DNA from: a virus
Reading direction: 5' to 3' (one strand)
Length of the DNA: 64,000 nucleotides
IMG/VR virus record: IMGVR_UViG_3300025425_001694
The notes under the pieces were generated by a model. The model did no database searches. It was not told where the DNA came from and worked only from the letters and a program-made list of their open reading frames with translations. Both the position numbers and the translations under genes were made by a program. How positions within the stretch are numbered: position 1 is the first letter of the stretch; each line of letters opens with the position of its first letter. Positions 9,889 through 18,584 of this stretch are shown here, piece after piece.

Positions 9889-10101
9889 TTATACTTTTTG
9901 CTTTGCGAATTCTTTGAATTTCTTCATCACATCTTTATCAACAAAGCCTATTTCAACTTCAGTTGAGCCACGAAGGCACTTACCACTACCGTTCGATCCA
10001 CTTACTAAAGTAGTTTTGCTTTTATCTAAATTGATTTCAGTAAATACATTACCGGTTGATAGTACGTTTTTATAGCGTACTTTTTTAAATTGTATTTGCA
10101 T
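9889..10101 (-). CDS. gp46: gp46 N-terminal half (41 aa) fused to 29-aa IntN
   Basis: KNVLSTGN...GSNGSGK Walker A, directly followed by intein block A CLRGSTEV. Confidence 0.9.
   Translation of the reverse strand: MQIQFKKVRYKNVLSTGNVFTEINLDKSKTTLVSGSNGSGKCLRGSTEVEIGFVDKDVMKKFKEFAKQKV
9892..9978 (-). mobile_element. split intein N-fragment (29 aa, atypically short)
   Basis: CLRGSTEVEIGFVDKDVMKKFKEFAKQKV*. Confidence 0.85.
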
Positions 10102-11162
10102 TATAAATCCATTGCCTCTACATAAAGTTCATCAATAACTTTTTTGATTTTTTTCTTTTCTACTGTAGTTTCAATAGAATCAATATATGCATGTAGAATA
10201 TCTTTTGTTTCTTGGGTTTCATCGAGAATTTCATCTACACCAGAAGACTCTAGGTTGAGTGTATCATCAATAGATTTTACGTCAGCTGCTCCGCTATCTG
10301 CTATTTTATTTAGAAACGTATCATACAAATATGCATTTGTTCTATTTTTTACAATTACTTTTACATACGTATTTTTTAATGCATCAGTGTCAATATTCGT
10401 GATATCTTCAATAGTCATATCTTCGTCATCATATTCAATTTTATAGAAGATGCGATTAGGATTTTTTACAAGTTTAATATCTCGAGTCTCTGTATCAAAC
10501 ACATGAAAACCACGGCGACCGTTATAATCAGTCCATGTCATTTCGTATTGAGCGCCGAGGTATTTGATATTACCATATTCCGAAGGGTGGTGGAAATGGC
10601 CGGAATACACAGCTTCAAATCCAGAAAATATATCTTTCTTTAAACCATGATCACAAAGCATACCTTTCATCATTTCAAAACCTTCAATTTCAAAATGTCC
10701 TAAAAGAATGTTTGCGTCTGAAGAACTAATAGCGGCATGGCATTCTTCACGATTGTTTTTAGTAATCCACGGCACCATCATAAATTTAGTAGAACCAAAT
10801 GTTAATTCTACAGGTTCGCGGTCGTATATGTGGAAATTATCATATTCTTGTAGTAACAAAGACATAGAATTTACTTCGTTTGTATTTGTAAAATAAACAC
10901 TATGATTACCAACAACTGCGTGATATTCTATATTGCGAGACGCTAACTGGCTAAAGAAAAACTCTTTTGCTCTTTTCAATGTAACGTAGTTAATATACTT
11001 GCGTCTATCAAACGTATCACCGAGATCCATTACAGTTGTAATTTTGTTATCATCTAAGTAAGGAAAAAACACTTCTGCAAAAAACTTTTCTTGATGATCC
11101 AAAAATATTTTGCTATCACCTCTACAACCAAAGTGATTATCATTAATAAAAGCAATCTTCAT
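10101..11162 (-). CDS. gp47: recombination endonuclease subunit gp47 (Mre11/SbcD)
   Basis: DNHFG, GDTFD, GNH, GHFH metallophosphoesterase motifs; adjacent to gp46. Confidence 0.93.
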   Translation of the reverse strand: MKIAFINDNHFGCRGDSKIFLDHQEKFFAEVFFPYLDDNKITTVMDLGDTFDRRKYINYVTLKRAKEFFFSQLASRNIEYHAVVGNHSVYFTNTNEVNSMSLLLQEYDNFHIYDREPVELTFGSTKFMMVPWITKNNREECHAAISSSDANILLGHFEIEGFEMMKGMLCDHGLKKDIFSGFEAVYSGHFHHPSEYGNIKYLGAQYEMTWTDYNGRRGFHVFDTETRDIKLVKNPNRIFYKIEYDDEDMTIEDITNIDTDALKNTYVKVIVKNRTNAYLYDTFLNKIADSGAADVKSIDDTLNLESSGVDEILDETQETKDILHAYIDSIETTVEKKKIKKVIDELYVEAMDL

Positions 11163-11719
11163 TTATCGTCGTCTTCCTTCTTAACTTCAACTTCGATTGT
11201 TTCTATAATTTCTTTCGGTTGTTTTGGAATTTTACTCTTTGCTAGCTTTTCCTCATAGTCACTAACAAAGTGATTTATATAATCTGCGTTTGTATTTAAA
11301 TGCAGCTGCACTTCGTTTGATTCATATGTAGCGCCTTGTGCAACCATGTTATGAGATGATTTAAAGCGAATATACATTTGCTTTTTTTCTTTTTGAATAC
11401 GACGCAAAAACGCGTACCAAATAATTTGTGTAAAATATGCAAACGGGTTTGATGATTTGTTGTGATCGAAGTTGCCAATATATAAAAGACAGTTTTCAAT
11501 ACCATCCATGATCATATCTTCTTTATAGGTATATCCTGAAAAGTTTGGTTTTGTTGCTAGACGATTTGATATTTTAAAAATACATTCGCCAATATAATTT
11601 GGCACAGTAGGCAAATTATCACCTTGATCTTCAGCCTCTTGGCATTTTTTCTTGTACTCAATAAGAGCATCTAGTAAATCTTTGTTGTTTACGTAATTTC
11701 TTTTTGCCCGGCGAGCCAT
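11159..11719 (-). CDS. gp55: late sigma factor
   Basis: NYVNNKDLL, PNFSGYTYKEDMIMDGIENC, NPFAYFTQI. Confidence 0.95.
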   Translation of the reverse strand: MARRAKRNYVNNKDLLDALIEYKKKCQEAEDQGDNLPTVPNYIGECIFKISNRLATKPNFSGYTYKEDMIMDGIENCLLYIGNFDHNKSSNPFAYFTQIIWYAFLRRIQKEKKQMYIRFKSSHNMVAQGATYESNEVQLHLNTNADYINHFVSDYEEKLAKSKIPKQPKEIIETIEVEVKKEDDDK

Positions 11720-11880
11720 GATACTACTCCTTTATATCTTTGTTATATACATTTTATATTAGAATTTGAAAAATGTCAACTGTTAATTTGAAAAATATTT
11801 TCATCAACTGTGCATTTTTCTATTGACATTTTCGAAATAATGAGTATAATAGAATTAATAATTCTGGGAGTTGTGGTATA

Positions 11881-13377
11881 CTATTCTAACGGTATGGTGT
11901 ATATTTTAAATGGAAAATGTTCTTCTGAGTATATTTCTATACGTCTCTTAAAGTGATTAAGAGTATAGTTCGTAAATGCTCCTACAGAAAGGTCATCTGC
12001 AATATCGTACAGAGTAGCTTTATTTGAGTCATCAGCTTTACGTAACGTTCTACCAATTGATTGAAGTACTTTGATTTCAGATTTAGATCCGGAAGCAAAT
12101 ATTACATTGTCTAATCTTTTAATATTTACACCAGTTGAGAATACACCGTATGATGCTAATATGTCGTGTTGTTTAATTGGATCATTTTCCACAAGATGTC
12201 GAATGTTTTCACGTTCATCACCCTTTACTCCACCATATACAAAATGTAATTGACGATCGTCTCTCCGAAGGAGTGGCTCTAATACCTTACCATGTTTTTC
12301 AACAAGATCAAAAAGAATAAGATTATTTTGACCTTTCAAAGACCAAACTAAATTACGAATGAAAATGTTTCTCTTTTCGTGATTAATAAGATATTCTCTT
12401 TCGGCAGGATATCTTTTTTGTTTAACTTGGATTGAATTAAAAGCTTTACGGAAATCTTTTCGTTTATTTTCAGGGTGAGAAAGTACTAAAGCTTTTACTT
12501 GAAAATTTGCTACGGTACCTTCTTTAATAAGATCTTTTGTTTTTACAAATCTTTTTACTTGTCCAAAGCATCCTTCTAAAACTAGCTGATGAGTTTTTGA
12601 TTCGCCTGATTTTAACGTTCCAGTAAAACCGTGTCTATATTCGCAATCTGTTAATTTTTCCATAATTGTAGTTAAAGATTTTGCTTGAAATAAATGAGCT
12701 TCATCTCCTAGAACAACTCTAAATTGGTCAAACCATTCTTTAGGTTGTTTTATTAATGACTGCCAAGTACTAATAACAATAGGTGCAGAAGTTTCTTTAT
12801 CTACTCCACCTTGTATTTTATATATTATAGAAGGATCACATCCATAGTCTTGAAAGTCTCCAGCCATTTGATGAACTAGCGATATTGTTGGAACTACAAC
12901 TAATGTTCTATGACCATATGCTTGTGCATAATGTTGCTGTATCAAATAAATGATAAGTGATTTACCAGAAGAAGTCGGAGATAAAGATAATGAACGATTG
13001 TTTTTAATTGCATTAACAATGTATTCATTTTGATAATCACGTGGAACAAATTTACAATTAATTTCCTGTGCAAGCTCAGTCCCATAATCATCTGGTACAA
13101 TATGGTCTGTAATCATTTCATCAGGAATTGAAATTTCATAATCACGTTCTTTGCAAAACTTTTTTAAATATGCTAGCAGTCCTACGTACAACACAGGTCG
13201 CATAGGTTGATACATGCGAATATATCCGTCCCACACTCTAGCTTTAAATTTTGGACTGAATTGATATCCATCAGGTCGAAAAGAAAAGTAATTCATTATT
13301 TCTTGGCGTATACCTGGATCCGCCGTAACTTTCATATGTACCGCATTAATCGGCTCAACTGTCACAATGTCATTCAT
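11881..13377 (-). CDS. uvsW: SF2 DNA helicase UvsW
   Basis: WDGYIR, PTSSGKS, DEAH, QSIGRTLR. Confidence 0.95.
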   Translation of the reverse strand: MNDIVTVEPINAVHMKVTADPGIRQEIMNYFSFRPDGYQFSPKFKARVWDGYIRMYQPMRPVLYVGLLAYLKKFCKERDYEISIPDEMITDHIVPDDYGTELAQEINCKFVPRDYQNEYIVNAIKNNRSLSLSPTSSGKSLIIYLIQQHYAQAYGHRTLVVVPTISLVHQMAGDFQDYGCDPSIIYKIQGGVDKETSAPIVISTWQSLIKQPKEWFDQFRVVLGDEAHLFQAKSLTTIMEKLTDCEYRHGFTGTLKSGESKTHQLVLEGCFGQVKRFVKTKDLIKEGTVANFQVKALVLSHPENKRKDFRKAFNSIQVKQKRYPAEREYLINHEKRNIFIRNLVWSLKGQNNLILFDLVEKHGKVLEPLLRRDDRQLHFVYGGVKGDERENIRHLVENDPIKQHDILASYGVFSTGVNIKRLDNVIFASGSKSEIKVLQSIGRTLRKADDSNKATLYDIADDLSVGAFTNYTLNHFKRRIEIYSEEHFPFKIYTIPLE

Positions 13378-13397
13378 TATCTACCTGCAATTTATTA

Positions 13398-13847
13398 TTA
13401 TCCACCAGCTTGAAAGCGGGCCCAATCTATCATGTTCTTAACTATGAAGTTCCTATTATTTATCTGTCTAACAATACTTTCCAAATACTTTGCTCTTTCC
13501 TCGTGTAAGGCTATTTTTAAGCTAAGTTGTATTATTTCACTATCGCTCTGAACATAACGGTCTAAATCACCACGAAGAACTTTAAGCTGAAAGGGTTTCC
13601 ATCCTCTATCTTTAAGATCCAATTCGTCCATTGTTCCGTTATAATAGTCTGACTTTATTTTTTGAAATTCAAGTAAGTCAGCTTTTAGCTTTTTTACCTT
13701 TAGAGCTTCGCGGTAAAAAAGGTTATAGTACTTATTATGAAGCTCAGGAATGCGTGAAGATTCACGAGACAAGTTAGTTTCGTCAATCTTACAATCCTGA
13801 GCCCACAGATGATTTATTTCATCAATATCCATATCGCACGTCTCCAT
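13398..13847 (-). CDS. uvsY: recombination mediator UvsY
   Basis: IPELHNKY...RNFIVKNMIDWARFQAG; upstream of uvsW. Confidence 0.9.
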   Translation of the reverse strand: METCDMDIDEINHLWAQDCKIDETNLSRESSRIPELHNKYYNLFYREALKVKKLKADLLEFQKIKSDYYNGTMDELDLKDRGWKPFQLKVLRGDLDRYVQSDSEIIQLSLKIALHEERAKYLESIVRQINNRNFIVKNMIDWARFQAGG

Positions 13848-13890
13848 TATATAGCATACAGTATTAATATATCACAGAAGTGAGTAAATG

Positions 13891-14367
13891 TCAACCGTTC
13901 TGTTTAGCAACTTGCTTTTCATATTCGGCTCTATCGACGATTCCTTCGTTAAGTAATTTTTGACGGTTAACTTCGTGAGCTGCCTGAGTTTCTTCTTTGG
14001 ATCCGCCAAAGTATGAAACTGCATGTCCTTCTTCGATAAGTATTTCAGTTAAACGCTTATCTTCACCGTTATAATCTTCAATTATAAAATCGCCAAGTAC
14101 TCGTCCAAACTTTCCTTTCATATCCTCACCCTTTTTACTTACTTCAGTTTTAAGGATAACATCTCCGGAAAGAAGTTCTTTTACTCTTGCTTTTGCAGCC
14201 TCTCCAAACAAGTCTTCAACTTTATCTGAAGTTCTAGATTCTGGAGTATCAATACCCATGATACGTACTCTTTCGTCTGCGAGGACTACGCCAAATCCTA
14301 ATTCTATATCGACATCAACAGTGTCTCCGTCAATTACTCTATTAATTGCGCATCTGTATTCGTACAT
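13891..14367 (-). CDS. thermonuclease (SNase family)
   Basis: VIDGDTVD, RIMGIDTPE, GKFGRVLG. Confidence 0.88.
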   Translation of the reverse strand: MYEYRCAINRVIDGDTVDVDIELGFGVVLADERVRIMGIDTPESRTSDKVEDLFGEAAKARVKELLSGDVILKTEVSKKGEDMKGKFGRVLGDFIIEDYNGEDKRLTEILIEEGHAVSYFGGSKEETQAAHEVNRQKLLNEGIVDRAEYEKQVAKQNG

Positions 14368-14378
14368 TTATTATTTCC

Positions 14379-14864
14379 TTATAGTTGTGTAATTATAAAA
14401 TCTCTAAAAGTAAAACTTACCGTTGCTTGTGGATACGTGACATCGGTTTGAGTTGTATCAAGAGTTATATCAGATAGGTTTGTTGGAAAACAATCCCTAA
14501 ACTGTATGTTTATGTTTGGGTTTTTGTGGCTATTCATAATTACAAGCGAAATATCTGTAAGAATTCCGTATTCACCATCCTTTATTCTGTCAAATTGTGC
14601 AAATTCTTCATTGAACGTCATATCTTTTAACCAATTGTAAACTTCTATGTAATTATTCATAGATTCGTCAACTATAAATGATAAAGGCAATTCACCGTAA
14701 GTTAATCGATCTCCAGGAACTGGGACAATTTTAAACGGTGTATTCTGATCTACCTGCGCGATTGATACAGACGGAATTGTTATAGCCTGAGTAAAAAACT
14801 CTACTTCTGGTAACCTTTTTACAGTTACCACGAATTCCAATGGCGATAAAAAATTGGTTATCAT
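14379..14864 (-). CDS. gp3: tail completion / tube terminator protein (gp3-like)
   Basis: NFLSP..F, FIVDESMNNY.EVYNW, FRDCFP..LS; typical position near uvsY. Confidence 0.75.
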   Translation of the reverse strand: MITNFLSPLEFVVTVKRLPEVEFFTQAITIPSVSIAQVDQNTPFKIVPVPGDRLTYGELPLSFIVDESMNNYIEVYNWLKDMTFNEEFAQFDRIKDGEYGILTDISLVIMNSHKNPNINIQFRDCFPTNLSDITLDTTQTDVTYPQATVSFTFRDFIITQL

Positions 14865-14963
14865 TCTTTTTCCTATTTACATTTATATAGAAGTGGTATA
14901 TAATCTATTTATAAGAAATGGAATCAATATAAATAAATCTACAAACCGTGGTGTTTCACTCGA

Positions 14964-15143
14964 ATGGTAAAAAGAAAAAACAAAAATCCTCCTATACTTA
15001 TCAATCCATGCGTAAATATATGTATTATTGAAAATAATTCGTGTATAGGTTGTAAGAGGACCCAAAGGGAAATTTCTGAATGGTTCTGGATGGAAGACGA
15101 AACGAAACAGAAAATAATGATGTCTTTGAAAAAAAGATGGTAA
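14964..15143 (+). CDS. DUF1289-like Cys-rich small protein (not in ORF track)
   Basis: hand translation, 59 aa: NPCVNIC...SCIGCKRTQREISEW. Confidence 0.7.
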   Translation: MVKRKNKNPPILINPCVNICIIENNSCIGCKRTQREISEWFWMEDETKQKIMMSLKKRW

Positions 15144-15201
15144 TGTTAGCTACGCAGGATCCATGTGATGATTGTACCCATTGGGTAGGAAGAATATAGA
15201 T

Positions 15202-15903
15202 ATGAAAAAATATATATTTGATGTTGATGGGACTTTAACTCCAAGCCGTGAAAGAATAAACAGACAGTTTGGAATTTGGTTTAGTAAATTTTGCCAAGAA
15301 AACGATGTTTATTTAGTTACAGGTAGCGACCGTGCCAAAACGATTGAACAAGTTGGCGCGTTTATTTGTTTTAAATGTAAACGAGTTTATAATTGTTCTG
15401 GCAGCGATGTTTACCAAGGTGACAGTAATATAAGAACTTCTGAGTGGAAAATACCCAATGATCTTAAAGCAAATTTAAATCTGTGGCTTAAGAAAAGCAA
15501 ATTTCCTATACGAGCTGGTAAACATTTAGAAGAAAGACCTGGGTCAGTTAATTTTAGCATTGTAGGTCGAAACGCATCTCGCGAAGAAAGAGCACAATAT
15601 GTACAATGGGATTTAAAAACAAATGAACGTAAAGCTATAGCACAAAAAATTAATATTCTTTTTCCGAGTATAACTGCGAGTGTTGGTGGAGAAACAGGTC
15701 TCGATATTTACCCAAAGGGAAATGACAAATCCCAAATACTCAAAGATTTTTCAAGTAAAGATGTTATATATTTCTTCGGTGATAAAATGGATAAAGATGG
15801 AAACGATTATCCGTTAGCTAAAGAATTGAAACACCCTAGCAAATCTTTTTGTGTAGACAATTGGGAACATACATTTAAAATTTTAAAGGAGCTTAAAGAT
15901 TGA
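15202..15903 (+). CDS. HAD-IIB phosphomannomutase (eukaryote-type PMM)
   Basis: FDVDGTLTPSR, VTGSD, NFSIVGR, FFGDKM..GNDYP. Confidence 0.8.
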   Translation: MKKYIFDVDGTLTPSRERINRQFGIWFSKFCQENDVYLVTGSDRAKTIEQVGAFICFKCKRVYNCSGSDVYQGDSNIRTSEWKIPNDLKANLNLWLKKSKFPIRAGKHLEERPGSVNFSIVGRNASREERAQYVQWDLKTNERKAIAQKINILFPSITASVGGETGLDIYPKGNDKSQILKDFSSKDVIYFFGDKMDKDGNDYPLAKELKHPSKSFCVDNWEHTFKILKELKD

Positions 15904-16316
15904 AAACTGGTATTGTAGCATCATCATTTGATTTACTACATTCAGGACATATTATGATGTTAAGAGAAGCAAAGACAAAATGCGATCATTTAATTTGTGC
16001 TCTTCAAATAGATCCTAGTGTTGACCGTAATGAAAAAAATTCACCAATACAAACTATCGTTGAAAGATATACACAATTAAGCGCAGTAAAATATGTCGAC
16101 GAAATTTTAGTATATCAAACAGAAAAAGATCTTGAAGATATATTAGAATTGTATCCAATAGATATTCGTATATTAGGTGAAGAATACAAAGATAAAGATT
16201 TTACAGGACGTGAAATTTGTAAACGTTTAGGCATTTACATTTATTTTAACAAACGAAATCATAGCTTTAGCTCCAGCGGTTTAAGAAAAAGAGTTGCGAT
16301 GAGAGAAACTGTTTGA
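15900..16316 (+). CDS. cytidylyltransferase (TagD/RfaE-like)
   Basis: FDLLHSGH, VKYVDE, RNHSFSSS. Confidence 0.85.
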   Translation: MKTGIVASSFDLLHSGHIMMLREAKTKCDHLICALQIDPSVDRNEKNSPIQTIVERYTQLSAVKYVDEILVYQTEKDLEDILELYPIDIRILGEEYKDKDFTGREICKRLGIYIYFNKRNHSFSSSGLRKRVAMRETV

Positions 16317-16341
16317 CATTCTAATAGAATCAGTATAGACT
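16313..16341 (+). promoter_or_regulatory. sigma70-type promoter with GAATC in spacer
   Basis: TTGACA-17-TAGACT with TAGAATCAG; a similar one at 18500-18528. Confidence 0.7.
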
Positions 16342-16372
16342 GAAATATCTAAATATTAAAAGGTGAAAAATT

Positions 16373-17005
16373 ATGATTCAATTGCAGGGAAAACTTCCAC
16401 GTAATATTAATGTAGCATGTTCAGGTGGTGTAGACTCCATGGCCGCTGTAGATTTTTTGAGAAGAAATCATAATGTAAATCTTATGTTTTTTGACCACGG
16501 CACTGAGACGTCGGCTGATGCTCTAGAATTTTTACGTGAATATATTAATAAAAAGAATAATGTTTTTATTAAAACGCCAACCGCTACATCTATGACATTA
16601 AGCATAGGACAAATTTGCAACAAAAGAAAAAATAGAGAGTCGGAAGAAGAATATTGGAGAAACGAACGATATAATTTCTTTTTTCAAGAATCCTCACCAG
16701 TTATAACATGCCATCACCTAGATGATTGCGTAGAAACATGGATTTGGTCTAGTTTTCACGGCGAAGGAAAAATCATTCCATATTCAAACAGAAATGTAAT
16801 TAGACCGTTTCGATTAAATAAAAAGGCAGAACTGGTAAATTGGTGTAGGCGTAATAGTGTACCGTGGATCGAGGATACGTCAAATGAAGATACAACATAT
16901 ATGAGAAACTTTATACGACACGAAATTATGCAAAAGGCACTGATCGTAAATCCCGGGTTACATAAAGTAATTTCTAAAAAAATTAACAAAGATTATAATA
17001 TTTAA
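16373..17005 (+). CDS. tilS: tRNA(Ile)-lysidine synthase (catalytic domain only)
   Basis: PP-loop ACSGGVDS, RNERY, HHLDD..ET, IRP, DTSN...RNFIRH. Confidence 0.85.
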   Translation: MIQLQGKLPRNINVACSGGVDSMAAVDFLRRNHNVNLMFFDHGTETSADALEFLREYINKKNNVFIKTPTATSMTLSIGQICNKRKNRESEEEYWRNERYNFFFQESSPVITCHHLDDCVETWIWSSFHGEGKIIPYSNRNVIRPFRLNKKAELVNWCRRNSVPWIEDTSNEDTTYMRNFIRHEIMQKALIVNPGLHKVISKKINKDYNI

Positions 17006-17058
17006 CCTTTTAAGATATCTTTGTTATTATAAATAAAACTAAACAGAGTCCAAGATGG

Positions 17059-17943
17059 GTGCAAAAAATGAATAAAAACGAATCAGTTTCAGGTACGTTA
17101 AATTATATTGACGATATGACGAATAAAAAAGCACAGCGCAAATCTCCTAATATAGTACCACAAAAAAATTCTGTACAAGTTAAAAAAATACAAGCTCCTA
17201 GGAATGAATCGATTTCTGCTGCAGAGCCGCATTTAAAACAATTTGCTGGTATGCTTAGCGAAGAATTGTCGAATGTAAAAAAATTAAGAGCAGAAGAAAT
17301 AGAAAAAATTCGTCAAGAAGAAATTGCCAAAATACGTTTTGAGCAAGCCGAAAAAATACGTGCGGAAGAAGCCGAAAAGGCCAGACTTGTCCGTGAACGC
17401 GAAAGAATACGCGCAGAAGAAGCCGAAAAGGCGTTTATGGCGCAAGAGCGTGAAAAAATTAGATTAGAAGTGCTAGCTGAATTTAATCAAATGGCACAGC
17501 CAGTTTATGAGCAGCCTCAGCAGCCAGTTTACGAGAATGTACAATATGAAAATACTCAAGCGGTTAATTTCGAAGATCAACCGCAAATTGAATTAAGCGA
17601 ATCTGAAACAGAACAATATAACGAATCAAGCCAAATAGATGAATCGCTATTAATGTTTTCTAATAAAAAACTCGCCAAAACTCAAGTTAATGAGCAAACC
17701 GATTTCGTAACATTCGAAGATTTGAAAAATCACTATTCAGATTTTATTGGCAAAATTAATACACAACTAAGTACTTTAGGTGGAGGCGGTGAAGTTGTTA
17801 TGCGCGGCCTTGATGACCTAGATATGTCAACTGTTGAAGATGGCGATTTCATATCATATGACGCAGCTACTGGAAAATTTATTGGTGGTTCAATTACACC
17901 AGAGGGTGTAGACGGCGGTGTTCTTGAAGGTGGCGAGTTTTAA
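17059..17943 (+). CDS. hypothetical coiled-coil protein
   Basis: repeated IRxEE(A/I)EK units; follows late promoter 17028. Confidence 0.6.
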   Translation: MQKMNKNESVSGTLNYIDDMTNKKAQRKSPNIVPQKNSVQVKKIQAPRNESISAAEPHLKQFAGMLSEELSNVKKLRAEEIEKIRQEEIAKIRFEQAEKIRAEEAEKARLVRERERIRAEEAEKAFMAQEREKIRLEVLAEFNQMAQPVYEQPQQPVYENVQYENTQAVNFEDQPQIELSESETEQYNESSQIDESLLMFSNKKLAKTQVNEQTDFVTFEDLKNHYSDFIGKINTQLSTLGGGGEVVMRGLDDLDMSTVEDGDFISYDAATGKFIGGSITPEGVDGGVLEGGEF

Positions 17944-17968
17944 ACAAACAAAAGTTATTAACTAGTGT

Positions 17969-18000
17969 GGCCCTTCTAATTAATTTTAGGAGGGCCTTTT
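17969..18000 (+). terminator. rho-independent terminator
   Basis: GGCCCTTCTAA...TTAGGAGGGCC-TTTT. Confidence 0.6.
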
Positions 18001-18074
18001 ATATAAATATACCGTGAACTGAAAAAACCTTTCATGATGAATATACAATGTTATATAAATTATAGGAGGTAAAC

Positions 18075-18455
18075 ATGGCTAAAGAGAAAGCTAAAACGCT
18101 ATCTGCAGATTCAATATATGCTCATTTGGATACAGATGGGGATGGCGTAATTACAGATGAAGAAATGGCTCGTGCGAAAGAAATCGCACAATATGAGCAC
18201 AAAAAGAAACTTCAAGAAAACGAAGACGCAAAGGAAGATCAAATTCGTGCTATGGCATGGTTTGCACTTTGGGGTATGTTACTCTACCCAGTTCTTATCC
18301 TTATTACGAGCGTAATTGGAATTGACGACGCTGCTATGATTATTGGCGATATTGCGCCAACATACTTTGTTGCAATTGCTGGTCTTGTTGCTGCATTTTT
18401 TGGGGCTCAAGCGTACTCAAAAGGCAAGTCTTCAAGTTCAGACGACGACTATTAA
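18075..18455 (+). CDS. EF-hand-containing membrane protein
   Basis: DTDGDGVITDEE loop plus two TM helices. Confidence 0.7.
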   Translation: MAKEKAKTLSADSIYAHLDTDGDGVITDEEMARAKEIAQYEHKKKLQENEDAKEDQIRAMAWFALWGMLLYPVLILITSVIGIDDAAMIIGDIAPTYFVAIAGLVAAFFGAQAYSKGKSSSSDDDY

Positions 18456-18584
18456 ATAAAAATACATTCTATACTGGTTTTATGTAAATCATTTTTTAGT
18501 TGACATTTGCATAGAATCAGTATAGATTTGTATTAATGAAGCTTAAATCATGAGAATACACAAGAGTATTCATATTGGGAGTAT

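Noticed and set aside
9689-9978. gp46 as a frameshifted pseudogene
   Set aside because: Both halves carry intact intein splice motifs exactly at the Walker A junction, and the gap holds a separate ORF
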